Below the pieces are notes generated by a model, which was not told the DNA's origin, ran no database searches, and was given only the letters and a program-made list of their open reading frames with translations. A DNA stretch of 64,000 nucleotides from Patescibacteria group bacterium (GTDB lineage: Bacteria > Patescibacteriota > Microgenomatia > UBA8517): contig DASSIE010000023.1 of NCBI GenBank assembly GCA_035692185.1, positions 8,259 to 72,258 on the forward strand, in the 5' to 3' direction. This document shows positions 37,832-46,539 of this stretch, one piece after another; the first letter of the stretch is position 1, and every line of letters begins with the position of its first letter. The translations under genes were made by a program, and so were the position numbers.

Positions 37832-38766
37832 CGGATACAAGCTTTACATCTTTAATCAGCAGCGCACAATCTATTTTAATCGTTCTTCCAACCAAGCCTT
37901 ACTTTGATCAAGTTGCCTCAGCCCTGGCTTTATATCTTTCCTTAAAAGACAAAGCAAACATAAACCTATTTTGTCCAATCCCAATGAATGTGTCTTTTAA
38001 TAGGCTGGTTGGCATTAACATGGTTAAAAGTGAAGTTGGAAACAAAAATTTAACTTTAAAGTTTGTAGGATATGACGCTAACAATATAGAAAAAGTTAGT
38101 TATGATATTGAAAATAGTGAATTTAAGCTTACAGTTGTTCCAAAAGCTGGTCTTCCGGCACCCGAAAAAGAGCAATTAGATTTAAGTTTTAGTGGAGCCT
38201 CGGCTGACCTGGTAATTTTAATTGGTGGGGCAAACGATACACATTTTCCAATTTTGGCGTCAGAGGAACTAGCAAACTTAAAAATAGCCCACATTGGAAC
38301 CCGAGTTTTGGCTTCATCCCGTGACATACTTTCTTTTGCTAAGCCAGGTTCTTCCGCTTCCGAGCTTGTTGCTAATTTAATTAAAGAAGGAGGATTAGAA
38401 CTAGACGCGGATACTGCAACAAACTTAGTAATGGGAGTTGAGGAGGGAAGCAATCATTTTGAAAGTAGTGAAGTAACCCCGGAGACTTTTGAAACTTTTG
38501 CACATCTTCTCCGAAGTGGCGGAAAACGCCCTTTGCGTGAGAGATTAAGCCCAACTAATTTTCCAGCAGGTTCAATCCCAACTCAACCATTTGATAAACC
38601 AGTAATGCAGGCCCCCGTAATTAATGAATCAGAAACTACGGACCCGGAAAATACTCAAGAGACTGAGCAAGTAATTAATCCCCCAGCCGACTGGCTAGCC
38701 CAACCTAAGGTGTATAAAGGGGCTTCTTCAACCCAGCCAGATTCTTACAGTGAAAATAAGGGCTGA
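37828..38766 (+). CDS. DHH/NrnA-like protein with degenerate motifs
   Basis: Position after infB; DQVASALAL, SSASELV, ATNLVMG resemble DHH family; no DHH triad. Confidence 0.6.
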   Translation: MTDTSFTSLISSAQSILIVLPTKPYFDQVASALALYLSLKDKANINLFCPIPMNVSFNRLVGINMVKSEVGNKNLTLKFVGYDANNIEKVSYDIENSEFKLTVVPKAGLPAPEKEQLDLSFSGASADLVILIGGANDTHFPILASEELANLKIAHIGTRVLASSRDILSFAKPGSSASELVANLIKEGGLELDADTATNLVMGVEEGSNHFESSEVTPETFETFAHLLRSGGKRPLRERLSPTNFPAGSIPTQPFDKPVMQAPVINESETTDPENTQETEQVINPPADWLAQPKVYKGASSTQPDSYSENKG

Positions 38767-38821
38767 TACAGCTAAAGGGTAATTTTACAAAAAGACAGGT
38801 GTAAGTTAGAATTTAAACGAC

Positions 38822-39403
38822 ATGTCTGATAAAAAATATAGTGAGATATATCCCATGATGGATGAACTTCGTAAAGCGGTTGATCCATTGATAAAACTAA
38901 AGGAAATAGACCAAGAGAAAGAACGAAAAAGAATTGAAGAAATTGAATCCCGATTTAAAGAAATTAGTATAAAAGCAGAGAATATTCACTCAGAACTTCT
39001 AGCACGGAAAAAAGAAGGCTTACCAAAGAAAAAATTGACAGACAATGGTGATGGAACATTTGGACTTTTTAATCCTGAGACGGAAAGTGCCCATCTATTA
39101 ATTATTGACACAATGAATGTTCAATCAGATTACACTGCCTATTTTCAGTATAGAAAAATGGAAGAACATGTTGAATTTCAGTTTGACAAAGACGATAAAT
39201 TGAAACAGGTAAGTTTCATAGATGTAAAAGCCATGCAAAGGAATGAGGCACATGAACCAAGCTTTTATGAGTACAGAACAACCTACAAAATGGAGGCAAA
39301 AGATCTTATTGAATCACAAAAATTGGTTGATCAATTGTCCCCCAGATTACAACCCCTCTTTGACTCGTTCAACAAGCCAGAGATTAAACCGTTAGATCAG
39401 TAG
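38822..39403 (+). CDS. Hypothetical protein
   Basis: 193-aa charged ORF behind TTTACA-17-TAGAAT. Confidence 0.6.
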   Translation: MSDKKYSEIYPMMDELRKAVDPLIKLKEIDQEKERKRIEEIESRFKEISIKAENIHSELLARKKEGLPKKKLTDNGDGTFGLFNPETESAHLLIIDTMNVQSDYTAYFQYRKMEEHVEFQFDKDDKLKQVSFIDVKAMQRNEAHEPSFYEYRTTYKMEAKDLIESQKLVDQLSPRLQPLFDSFNKPEIKPLDQ

Positions 39404-39413
39404 AATTCCCTCT

Positions 39414-39441
39414 TTGAGTTATCCACAGAGTGTGCTAAAAT
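39414..39441 (+). promoter_or_regulatory. rpsO promoter containing a perfect DnaA box
   Basis: TTGAGT 39414-19, TG-C-TAAAAT 39433-41, TTATCCACA 39419-27. Confidence 0.5.
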
Positions 39442-39493
39442 ACCCTAGATGTTGGCGAGGTTTAACCACTTTGGCCACACATGACTACACAAA

Positions 39494-39763
39494 ATGGCAT
39501 TAAAATTAGACGAGAAAAAAGATTTAATAAAAAAGTTTGCCCGCGAGAAGGGTGACACAGGTTCACCTGAAGTCCAAATTGCCCTTCTTTCTATCCAAAT
39601 CGACAAGCTCATAGCTCACCTTAAAGAGCACAAAAAAGACGTACATAGTAGACGTGGACTTCTGAGTATGGTCGCAAAACGCAGAAGGCTCTTAAGTTAT
39701 TTGCAAAGACGAGACGAAGATAGATACAAAAAGTTGGTTAGTGACTTAAAGTTTGACAAGTAG
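39494..39763 (+). CDS. rpsO: 30S ribosomal protein S15
   Basis: [23 protein letters not shown]. Confidence 0.97.
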   Translation: MALKLDEKKDLIKKFAREKGDTGSPEVQIALLSIQIDKLIAHLKEHKKDVHSRRGLLSMVAKRRRLLSYLQRRDEDRYKKLVSDLKFDK

Positions 39764-39773
39764 TAAAATATAC

Positions 39774-39894
39774 GAAGTGTGAACATGGAAGTTTGAAGTC
39801 GGAAACGATGTCTGAAAATAGAAATTAGAATTCAGACCTCAAAATTCAACTTCAAATTTCATTATCGAATTTCAGAATTCAAACATCTCACTTC
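39774..39894. repeat. Heptamer-period inverted element, GAAGTNN variant (rpsO/pnp)
   Basis: GAAGTGT GAACATG GAAGTTT GAAGTCG ... AAACATC TCACTTC. Confidence 0.65.
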
Positions 39895-39907
39895 ATAAAA
39901 CAAAAAG

Positions 39908-42244
39908 ATGAAAAAGATCGAAAAATCAATTAAATTAGGAACAGGAACCCTTAGTTTAACCACAGGAGAACTTGCCGAACAAGCAGCTGGTTCAATAATG
40001 GCGCGAATGGGTGACACTGTAGTTCTTGCCACCGTAGCTTCCGCTCCACTTAAAGGCGAACTTGATTATTTTCCACTCTCTGTTGAATACCTTGAAAGAC
40101 TTTATGCCGGTGGACGCATTAAAGGTTCTAAATGGGTTAAAAAAGAAGGCAGACCAACTGACGAGGAAATCCTCTCCGCCAGGTTAATAGACCGCTCAAT
40201 TCGCCCACTTTTCCCAAAGACTTATAAACGAGAAGTTCAAATAATCGTTACCGTGTTAGCAGTGGACATGGAAAACGACCCAACTATTTTGGGCGCAATT
40301 GCAGCCTCGGCCGCGGTTCATGTCTCTTCCCTTCCTTGGAAAGGCCCAGTAGCCCCACTTACAATCGGACTTATCGACGGCAAATACCAAGTAAACCCGG
40401 TAAATGCAGAGATGAAAAAGTCCTTAATGGACTTAACAGTTTCTTCAACCAAAGAAGCGGTTTTAATGGTCGAAGCTGGAGCCAATGAAGTAACTGAAGA
40501 CCAAATAGTAAAAGGTGTTGAGTTTGCACAAAAAGAATCAAAAGCAGTTTTAAAACTTATTGAAGAAATTGCAAAAGAAGTTGGGAGAACCCGTGATGTT
40601 TATGAAGAGGAAAAACCTTCAGAAGAACTTGAAACTAAAGTTAAAAAATTAGTTGGAACTAAAATTGCTGGGGTTGTAGAAAGTTTGGTTCATGTAGAAA
40701 ATGGAAGAAGTAACGAACTCCAGGATTTAATTGATTTAGTTACAAAAGATATAGACGAACTCGAAGCAAAATGGGTTCCAGAAATAATCGATCATATGAA
40801 GAAAGATTATATTAGGGAACAAATCCTTAAAAAGGGAGTCAGGCCAGATGGTAGAAAATTAACTGAAGTCCGCAAATTATCAGGGGAGGTTGGGTATTTA
40901 CCAAGGGTTCATGGATCAGCCTTATTTAAAAGAGGTGAGACTCATGTTTTGTCAGTTGCAACACTTGGCCCACAATCAGGAGGACAGCTTTCAGAGTCTG
41001 CCGAAGGTGAATTTGAAAAGAGCTACATGCACCAGTATTCAATGCCACCTTACGCATCTGGTGAGACTGGAAGATTTGGTAACCCTGGTAGACGAGAAAT
41101 CGGCCACGGTGCACTTGCTGAACGCGCTTTAGTTCCAGTTATCCCTGATCAAGCAGTATTCCCTTATGCAATCCGAGTAGTCTCTGAAGTTATGAGTTCA
41201 AACGGTTCTACTTCGATGGCTTCGGTAGTAGGCTCAACATTATCTTTAATGGATGCTGGTGTCCCACTTAAATCTCCCGTTGCTGGAATTGCAATGGGTC
41301 TTATTATCGAGTCGGAAAAAGAATTTGCGGTGTTATCAGACATTATGGGGATTGAGGACTTTAATGGAGATATGGACTTTAAAGTTGCGGGAACTGCTAA
41401 AGGAATTACAGCCTTACAGCTTGATGTTAAAACGTTAAACTTAACCTCGGCAATTTTAGCAACAGCACTAGAACAATCAAAAGACGCAAGAGCACAAGTT
41501 ATGAAAGTTATTTTAGACACACTTTCCGAGTCCCGTAAAGAAGTTTCTAAATATGCACCAAAAATTATGGTTGTTAAAATTCCAGCCGACAGAATTGGTG
41601 AATTTGTAGGCCCAGGGGGAAAGAATATCAAAAAGTTAATTGCAGACACTGGAACTCAAATTGAAGTTAATGATGATGGAAATGTAAGCGTCTCAGGAGT
41701 TGACCCAGAAGCAATGGCCAAAGCAGTAGCTTGGGTAGAAGGATTTGCAAAAGAAGTAGCCCCAGGAGAGGTTTACGAAGGAGAAGTCGTACGCATTATG
41801 CCTTTTGGAGCATTTGTTAACATTTTGCCAAACAAAGATGGAATGGTACACGTTTCCGACATGGGTCAGGAAGGTTTTGTAAATAGTGCCGAGGATGTAG
41901 TTCACATTGGTCAAAAAGTTACAGTTCGTGTTAAGAAGATTGACGATATGGGAAGAATTAATTTGTCTATGAATATTGATCCTGCAAAGGACGCTGAAAT
42001 AGAAGCTGCAAAGCAAGCAAAATTTGGTGATAGACCAGCAAGAACTGGCGGCAATTTTGGTGGAGGTTCCCGTGGTGGCCCAAGAAGATTTGATAGTAGA
42101 GGTGGTGGGAGGTCTGGTGGATTTTCAAGAGGAAATGACAGGCCAGGTTTTTCCAGACAAGATAATAATGGCGGAGCAGGTGGTCCACATTTCCCAACAA
42201 GTAGATTAGTTGACGATAGCGCCAAAAAAGACTTCAATAGATAA
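39908..42244 (+). CDS. pnp: Polyribonucleotide nucleotidyltransferase
   Basis: RLIDRSIRPLF, RREIGHG, SNGSTSMAS, GDMDFKVAG, KH and S1 domains. Confidence 0.97.
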   Translation: MKKIEKSIKLGTGTLSLTTGELAEQAAGSIMARMGDTVVLATVASAPLKGELDYFPLSVEYLERLYAGGRIKGSKWVKKEGRPTDEEILSARLIDRSIRPLFPKTYKREVQIIVTVLAVDMENDPTILGAIAASAAVHVSSLPWKGPVAPLTIGLIDGKYQVNPVNAEMKKSLMDLTVSSTKEAVLMVEAGANEVTEDQIVKGVEFAQKESKAVLKLIEEIAKEVGRTRDVYEEEKPSEELETKVKKLVGTKIAGVVESLVHVENGRSNELQDLIDLVTKDIDELEAKWVPEIIDHMKKDYIREQILKKGVRPDGRKLTEVRKLSGEVGYLPRVHGSALFKRGETHVLSVATLGPQSGGQLSESAEGEFEKSYMHQYSMPPYASGETGRFGNPGRREIGHGALAERALVPVIPDQAVFPYAIRVVSEVMSSNGSTSMASVVGSTLSLMDAGVPLKSPVAGIAMGLIIESEKEFAVLSDIMGIEDFNGDMDFKVAGTAKGITALQLDVKTLNLTSAILATALEQSKDARAQVMKVILDTLSESRKEVSKYAPKIMVVKIPADRIGEFVGPGGKNIKKLIADTGTQIEVNDDGNVSVSGVDPEAMAKAVAWVEGFAKEVAPGEVYEGEVVRIMPFGAFVNILPNKDGMVHVSDMGQEGFVNSAEDVVHIGQKVTVRVKKIDDMGRINLSMNIDPAKDAEIEAAKQAKFGDRPARTGGNFGGGSRGGPRRFDSRGGGRSGGFSRGNDRPGFSRQDNNGGAGGPHFPTSRLVDDSAKKDFNR

Positions 42245-42269
42245 CAACTTCGTGCTAGGATGAATTAGT

Positions 42270-42373
42270 CTAATTAACCTAATTATACTAATTATTCTAA
42301 ATAAATCCCAAATACCAATTGGTACTTTTAGAATTGGAGCTTATTTAGGTCAATTAGAAATTAGAACAATTAG
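42270..42373. repeat. Short-period inverted element, CTAATT variant (pnp/lon)
   Basis: CTAATTAAC CTAATTATA CTAATTATT CTAAATAA ... TTATTTAG GTCAATTAG AAATTAG AACAATTAG. Confidence 0.65.
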
Positions 42374-42385
42374 AAATTTTAAAAT

Positions 42386-43432
42386 ATGGATTCTGCCTCC
42401 CAAGAAATTGTTACGTTAATAGACCGAATTAAACGAGCCGATTTGCCAGACAAACTTCGTGAAATGGTTCTGATTCGCCTTAACCAATTAACTAAATTAA
42501 CCAATTCCCCCTCTTTTTTACCAGAGTTTGATAGCATAGAAAAATATATTGATTGGATTACGGCGTTGCCGTGGAACAAAAAAACTCAAGATACACTAGA
42601 TTTGGAAAACGCTAAGAAAATTTTAGAAAAACATCATTATGGTTTAGCTGACATTAAAGAGAGGGTACTAGAGTACATGTCTGTTATGAAGTTAAAACAA
42701 GAAAAAGGTGAAGCGGCGGACATTTACAGAGCTCCAATATTGTGTTTTGTGGGACTAGTTGGAACCGGTAAAACTACAATTGCATATTCTATTGCGGAAG
42801 CTCTTGGAAGGCCAATTGCCCGTATTCCTTTTGGAGGAATGGGAGACCCTTTGGACCTTCGTGGACAAAGCCGTATGCACTCAGAAGCTGAACCTGGGAA
42901 AATTATTAAGTCCCTTAGAGATACCCAAAGCCGTAATCCTGTAATACTGTTGGATGAAATTGACCGCGTAACGGAACAAGGAAGAAGCTCCATAATGGGT
43001 GTTTTGGTTGAACTGTTGGACCCTAAACAGAACCACGCATTTAGTGATCATTATATTGATTTTCCATTTGATCTATCCGAAGCACTCTTTATTGCAACCG
43101 CGAATAATACGACCAACATCGCAACCGCTGTTATGGATAGGTTGGAGCCTATCAGCATGCCAAGCTATTCCGATGCAGAGAAAATTGTTATCGCACAAAA
43201 GTATATTTTACCAACCGCGATGAAAGCCTCGGGGCTTCCTGACGGATCCTTAAAAATTGCGGATGATGTTTGGGCAAATATAGTTAGACCTCTGGGTTAT
43301 GATGGTGGTATTCGTACATTGGAGCGCAATATTGATGGAATTGTGAGAAAAGTTGCTAAATTGATTGTGGAAGGAAAAACTACTGCCGTTGAGATTAATT
43401 CCACAAATGTCAAGACGTTCTTGCCTCAGTAA
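42386..43432 (+). CDS. Lon-like AAA+ ATPase lacking N-domain and protease domain
   Basis: LPW, HHYGL, GLVGTGKT, NPVILLDEID, LLDPKQN..FSDHY, MDRLE; only 348 aa. Confidence 0.85.
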   Translation: MDSASQEIVTLIDRIKRADLPDKLREMVLIRLNQLTKLTNSPSFLPEFDSIEKYIDWITALPWNKKTQDTLDLENAKKILEKHHYGLADIKERVLEYMSVMKLKQEKGEAADIYRAPILCFVGLVGTGKTTIAYSIAEALGRPIARIPFGGMGDPLDLRGQSRMHSEAEPGKIIKSLRDTQSRNPVILLDEIDRVTEQGRSSIMGVLVELLDPKQNHAFSDHYIDFPFDLSEALFIATANNTTNIATAVMDRLEPISMPSYSDAEKIVIAQKYILPTAMKASGLPDGSLKIADDVWANIVRPLGYDGGIRTLERNIDGIVRKVAKLIVEGKTTAVEINSTNVKTFLPQ

Positions 43433-43446
43433 TGTAAAATAGCCGT

Positions 43447-43923
43447 ATGAAGATTTTAGTTATTTCAGACAGTCACGGCAATATTGCAAACATAAAGCAT
43501 GTAATGGGGTTTGCCAAAAATATTAAAGTTAGTGCCGTAATTCACTGTGGGGATTGGGATAATGAAGAATCAGTTGAAGCAGTTTTATCTTTTGGAATTC
43601 CACTTTATTCAATTCTAGGAAATGCGGATGTCGACTCCAAATTAGAAGACATGTTGAAATTTGAGTGCAAAAAATTTGAAGAAAATTTACTTCAATTTGA
43701 ACTTGATAGCCGAAAAATTTCTGTCATTCACCAAGTAAAACTGGATGACGAAAGATTAAAGAACCAAGATGTAGTTTTTTCTGGCCATTACCATTCCAAA
43801 GAAATTAAAGAAATCAATTTTGTAAAATTTGTGCGCCCCGGGGCACTTATTAATGGAAACGACTTTGCAGTTTATGAAACTACAAATAATGAGATAGAAT
43901 TCTTTACAGATGTCGAAATTTGA
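43447..43923 (+). CDS. YfcE-family metallophosphoesterase
   Basis: ISDSHGN, HCGD, GNAD, SGHYH. Confidence 0.88.
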   Translation: MKILVISDSHGNIANIKHVMGFAKNIKVSAVIHCGDWDNEESVEAVLSFGIPLYSILGNADVDSKLEDMLKFECKKFEENLLQFELDSRKISVIHQVKLDDERLKNQDVVFSGHYHSKEIKEINFVKFVRPGALINGNDFAVYETTNNEIEFFTDVEI

Positions 43924-44527
43924 CGAACTTCACAATCTTAAAGACAAAATGGAAAAGGATGACGCACTGCCTCTTAAAAAGGGTGCTACCAAACTAGTTT
44001 TTGGTAGTGGAAACACAGAAGCAAAAGTTCTTTTAATTGGGGAAGGGCCTGGGAGAAATGAAGATGCTACAGGTTTACCATTTGTTGGCCAAGCGGGAAA
44101 ACTTTTGGATAAACTTTTAATCTTGGCGGGACTGGAAAGAAAGAAGGTTTTCATCACGAACGTAGTTCACCACAGACCTCCGGAAAATCGCGACCCACTC
44201 CCAAACGAAATTGAAGCTTACGGAAAATATTTAGATGAAATTATCAAAATCATTAATCCTAAATTAATAATAACCTTGGGGAGGTTTTCCATGGCTAAAT
44301 TTTTACCAGATGTTTTCATTTCAAATGTTCACGGCAAAATATTTCCGATTCAGTTCAACAGTCGACAGTTAACAGTTCTACCTATGTATCACCCAGCGGC
44401 ATCTCTCAGAAATGGCACAATATTAAAGTCCGAAGAGGCAGACTTTATTAATTTAAAAACTATGTTACCCGAGCTTTTGAGCGCAAAAAGTGATATAGTA
44501 GGGGTTCAACAAGAGAATCTTGTTTAA
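43910..44527 (+). CDS. Uracil-DNA glycosylase family 4
   Basis: IGEGPG..ED..G.PFVG, RPPENRDP, YHPAA. Confidence 0.9.
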   Translation: MSKFDELHNLKDKMEKDDALPLKKGATKLVFGSGNTEAKVLLIGEGPGRNEDATGLPFVGQAGKLLDKLLILAGLERKKVFITNVVHHRPPENRDPLPNEIEAYGKYLDEIIKIINPKLIITLGRFSMAKFLPDVFISNVHGKIFPIQFNSRQLTVLPMYHPAASLRNGTILKSEEADFINLKTMLPELLSAKSDIVGVQQENLV

Positions 44528-44634
44528 ATTTACAATTTTCAGTTTTCAATTGTCATTGAATTTTCAATGTTTCAATTTTTGAAAATTATATAATTGCAAA
44601 TTTATTGTAAATTGATAATTAATAATTGAAAATT
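44527..44634. repeat. Heptamer-period inverted element, ATTTTCA variant (udg/rnj)
   Basis: ATTTACA ATTTTCA GTTTTCA ATTGTCA ... TGTAAAT TGATAAT TAATAAT TGAAAAT. Confidence 0.65.
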
Positions 44635-46293
44635 ATGGAAAAACAACTGAAATTTATTGCATTATCAGGAACCACCGACGTTACAGAAAACTTGTACGTC
44701 TACGAATATGGGGACAGCATGATGATTGTTGACTGCGGCGTTGGGTTTCCGGACTTGGAAATGCCTGGGGTTGAGTTGGTTATTCCGGACTTTTCCTACA
44801 TCGTAAAAAACAAACACAAACTAAAAGGAATAGTTCTGTCTCAAGGTCATGACGATCACGTTGGTGCACTTCCATTTCTTTTTAAACAAATCCCGGTGGT
44901 ACCCATTTGGTGCCCACCAATAGTTACCGAATTTTTAAAAGTTAAATTTAAAGATTACAAAGTTTTTGATTACAAATTAAATACTTTTAATCCCGACACA
45001 GATGTATTCGAAGTTGGTCCTTTTAAAATTACTCCCTTCCGCGTTACCCATTCAGTTCCCGATACTGTAGGGTTTGCAATTGACACGCCAGAGGGCAGAA
45101 TTTTCCATGTGGCCGAGCACAAGATGGATCAAACTTCAGTCGATGGAATGAGTTTTGATATTGTCAAAGCTAAAAAATTAGCGGCAGAAAAACCGGTTTT
45201 GTGTCTAATGTCGGACTGCCTGGGTTCAAATCACCCTGGAATGGCTCCAAGCAGTGTTGGAATCGAAAACAATATGTTTAATATTGTAAGAAGTGCAAAG
45301 CAAGCGGTTTATATGACTGCGATTTCTTCTTCAATCGGGAGGTTCCAGCAAATGATCAGAGTAGCCGAAAGAGTTAACAGAAAAGTTGTATTAGTTGGCC
45401 GTTCAATTCAAAGCAAAATCGAAATTTCTGAAAAATTGGGTTACATAAAAATATTGCCAGATCAAATAGTTAACTTGAGAGACGCGGGGAACTATCATCC
45501 AGAAAAACTTTTATACATCGTCGCCGGTTGTTACGGCCAGCCCGGAAGTTCGGTTTACAGAATGGCATTAGGGGAACACGAGAAAGTTGAAATAAATAAA
45601 GACGATACCTTTATTTTCTCAGCTGACCCGGGCCCGGCATACTCTAAAGAGAGTATCGATTTTATGGTAGATAAATTAACAGAGAAAGAAGTCGATGTGC
45701 ATTATTATGATTTAAACGAAGGTTTGCATGTATCTGGCCACGGTGGACAGGCCGACATTGTTGAGTTATTTAATATCGTAAAACCAAAGTATTTTGTTCC
45801 AACCGGCGGGACAATTCGTTATATGAAATCTTATGAAAACCTTGTGGTAGCTAATGGTTCACCAAAGGAAAATGTGTTTAGGTTAAAACCCGGCGAAAGT
45901 GTAATTTTTGATAAAGGTAATGCCCATCGCGGTGAAACAATTTCTGTTAAAGAGGTTTTTGTACATGGTTTGGGGATTGGGGATATCGGTAAGGTTGTAT
46001 TGGAGGATAGGACTGCATTGGGTAAGGAAGGTGTTGTCGTTGCTGCGATTAAAGTTAGTAAAGATGGAAATGTTGTTGGAATGCCAGAGTTAACAAGTCG
46101 TGGATTTGTTTTTGAACAAAGATATGGAAAAGTTTTAGACGACGCATCATACGAACTAAGTAACGTATTTAAAAAGAAGAAATTAGGGGACGCTACAACT
46201 GTAAGAAATTTTGCAAATAAGTTCTTGGAAAAATATTTCTTCGATAAAACCCGCAGAAGCCCAATGATTCTACCTTTGGTTGTTGAAGTTTAG
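44635..46293 (+). CDS. rnj: Ribonuclease J
   Basis: VDCGVGFP, HSVPD, HVSGHG, RSPMILP; metallo-beta-lactamase/beta-CASP layout. Confidence 0.9.
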   Translation: MEKQLKFIALSGTTDVTENLYVYEYGDSMMIVDCGVGFPDLEMPGVELVIPDFSYIVKNKHKLKGIVLSQGHDDHVGALPFLFKQIPVVPIWCPPIVTEFLKVKFKDYKVFDYKLNTFNPDTDVFEVGPFKITPFRVTHSVPDTVGFAIDTPEGRIFHVAEHKMDQTSVDGMSFDIVKAKKLAAEKPVLCLMSDCLGSNHPGMAPSSVGIENNMFNIVRSAKQAVYMTAISSSIGRFQQMIRVAERVNRKVVLVGRSIQSKIEISEKLGYIKILPDQIVNLRDAGNYHPEKLLYIVAGCYGQPGSSVYRMALGEHEKVEINKDDTFIFSADPGPAYSKESIDFMVDKLTEKEVDVHYYDLNEGLHVSGHGGQADIVELFNIVKPKYFVPTGGTIRYMKSYENLVVANGSPKENVFRLKPGESVIFDKGNAHRGETISVKEVFVHGLGIGDIGKVVLEDRTALGKEGVVVAAIKVSKDGNVVGMPELTSRGFVFEQRYGKVLDDASYELSNVFKKKKLGDATTVRNFANKFLEKYFFDKTRRSPMILPLVVEV

Positions 46294-46296
46294 TTT

Positions 46297-46473
46297 TAAT
46301 ATTTCTTTGCTCGCACAAAGAAATATTAGAAAGAAAGTGCGCGCTTTTTCCTCGTCATCCATTCATTCACTCGCTCATATCATGCAAAAGAACTCTGCTT
46401 GCTCAAGGCAAGCCTTAAACATACTTTTGCTCTTTTGAATTCGCTCGTTCACTCATGGAGTCCTCACAAACGC
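46297..46473. ncRNA. Structured intergenic element (hairpin/pseudoknot plus multi-stem), candidate ncRNA or MITE
   Basis: 13-bp perfect stem 46297-46328; GCAAAAG/CTTTTGC, GCTTGC/GCAAGC, TCCAT/ATGGA nested stems. Confidence 0.55.
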
Positions 46474-46539
46474 TTGAGAGATAAAATATTTATTGTTTTG
46501 CTTTTCAAATTTTATTTCAAATAGGTATAATGTATTGGT

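Noticed and set aside
39419-39427. Replication origin at the DnaA box
   Set aside because: Only one box seen, a short intergenic region, and no dnaA/dnaN nearby.
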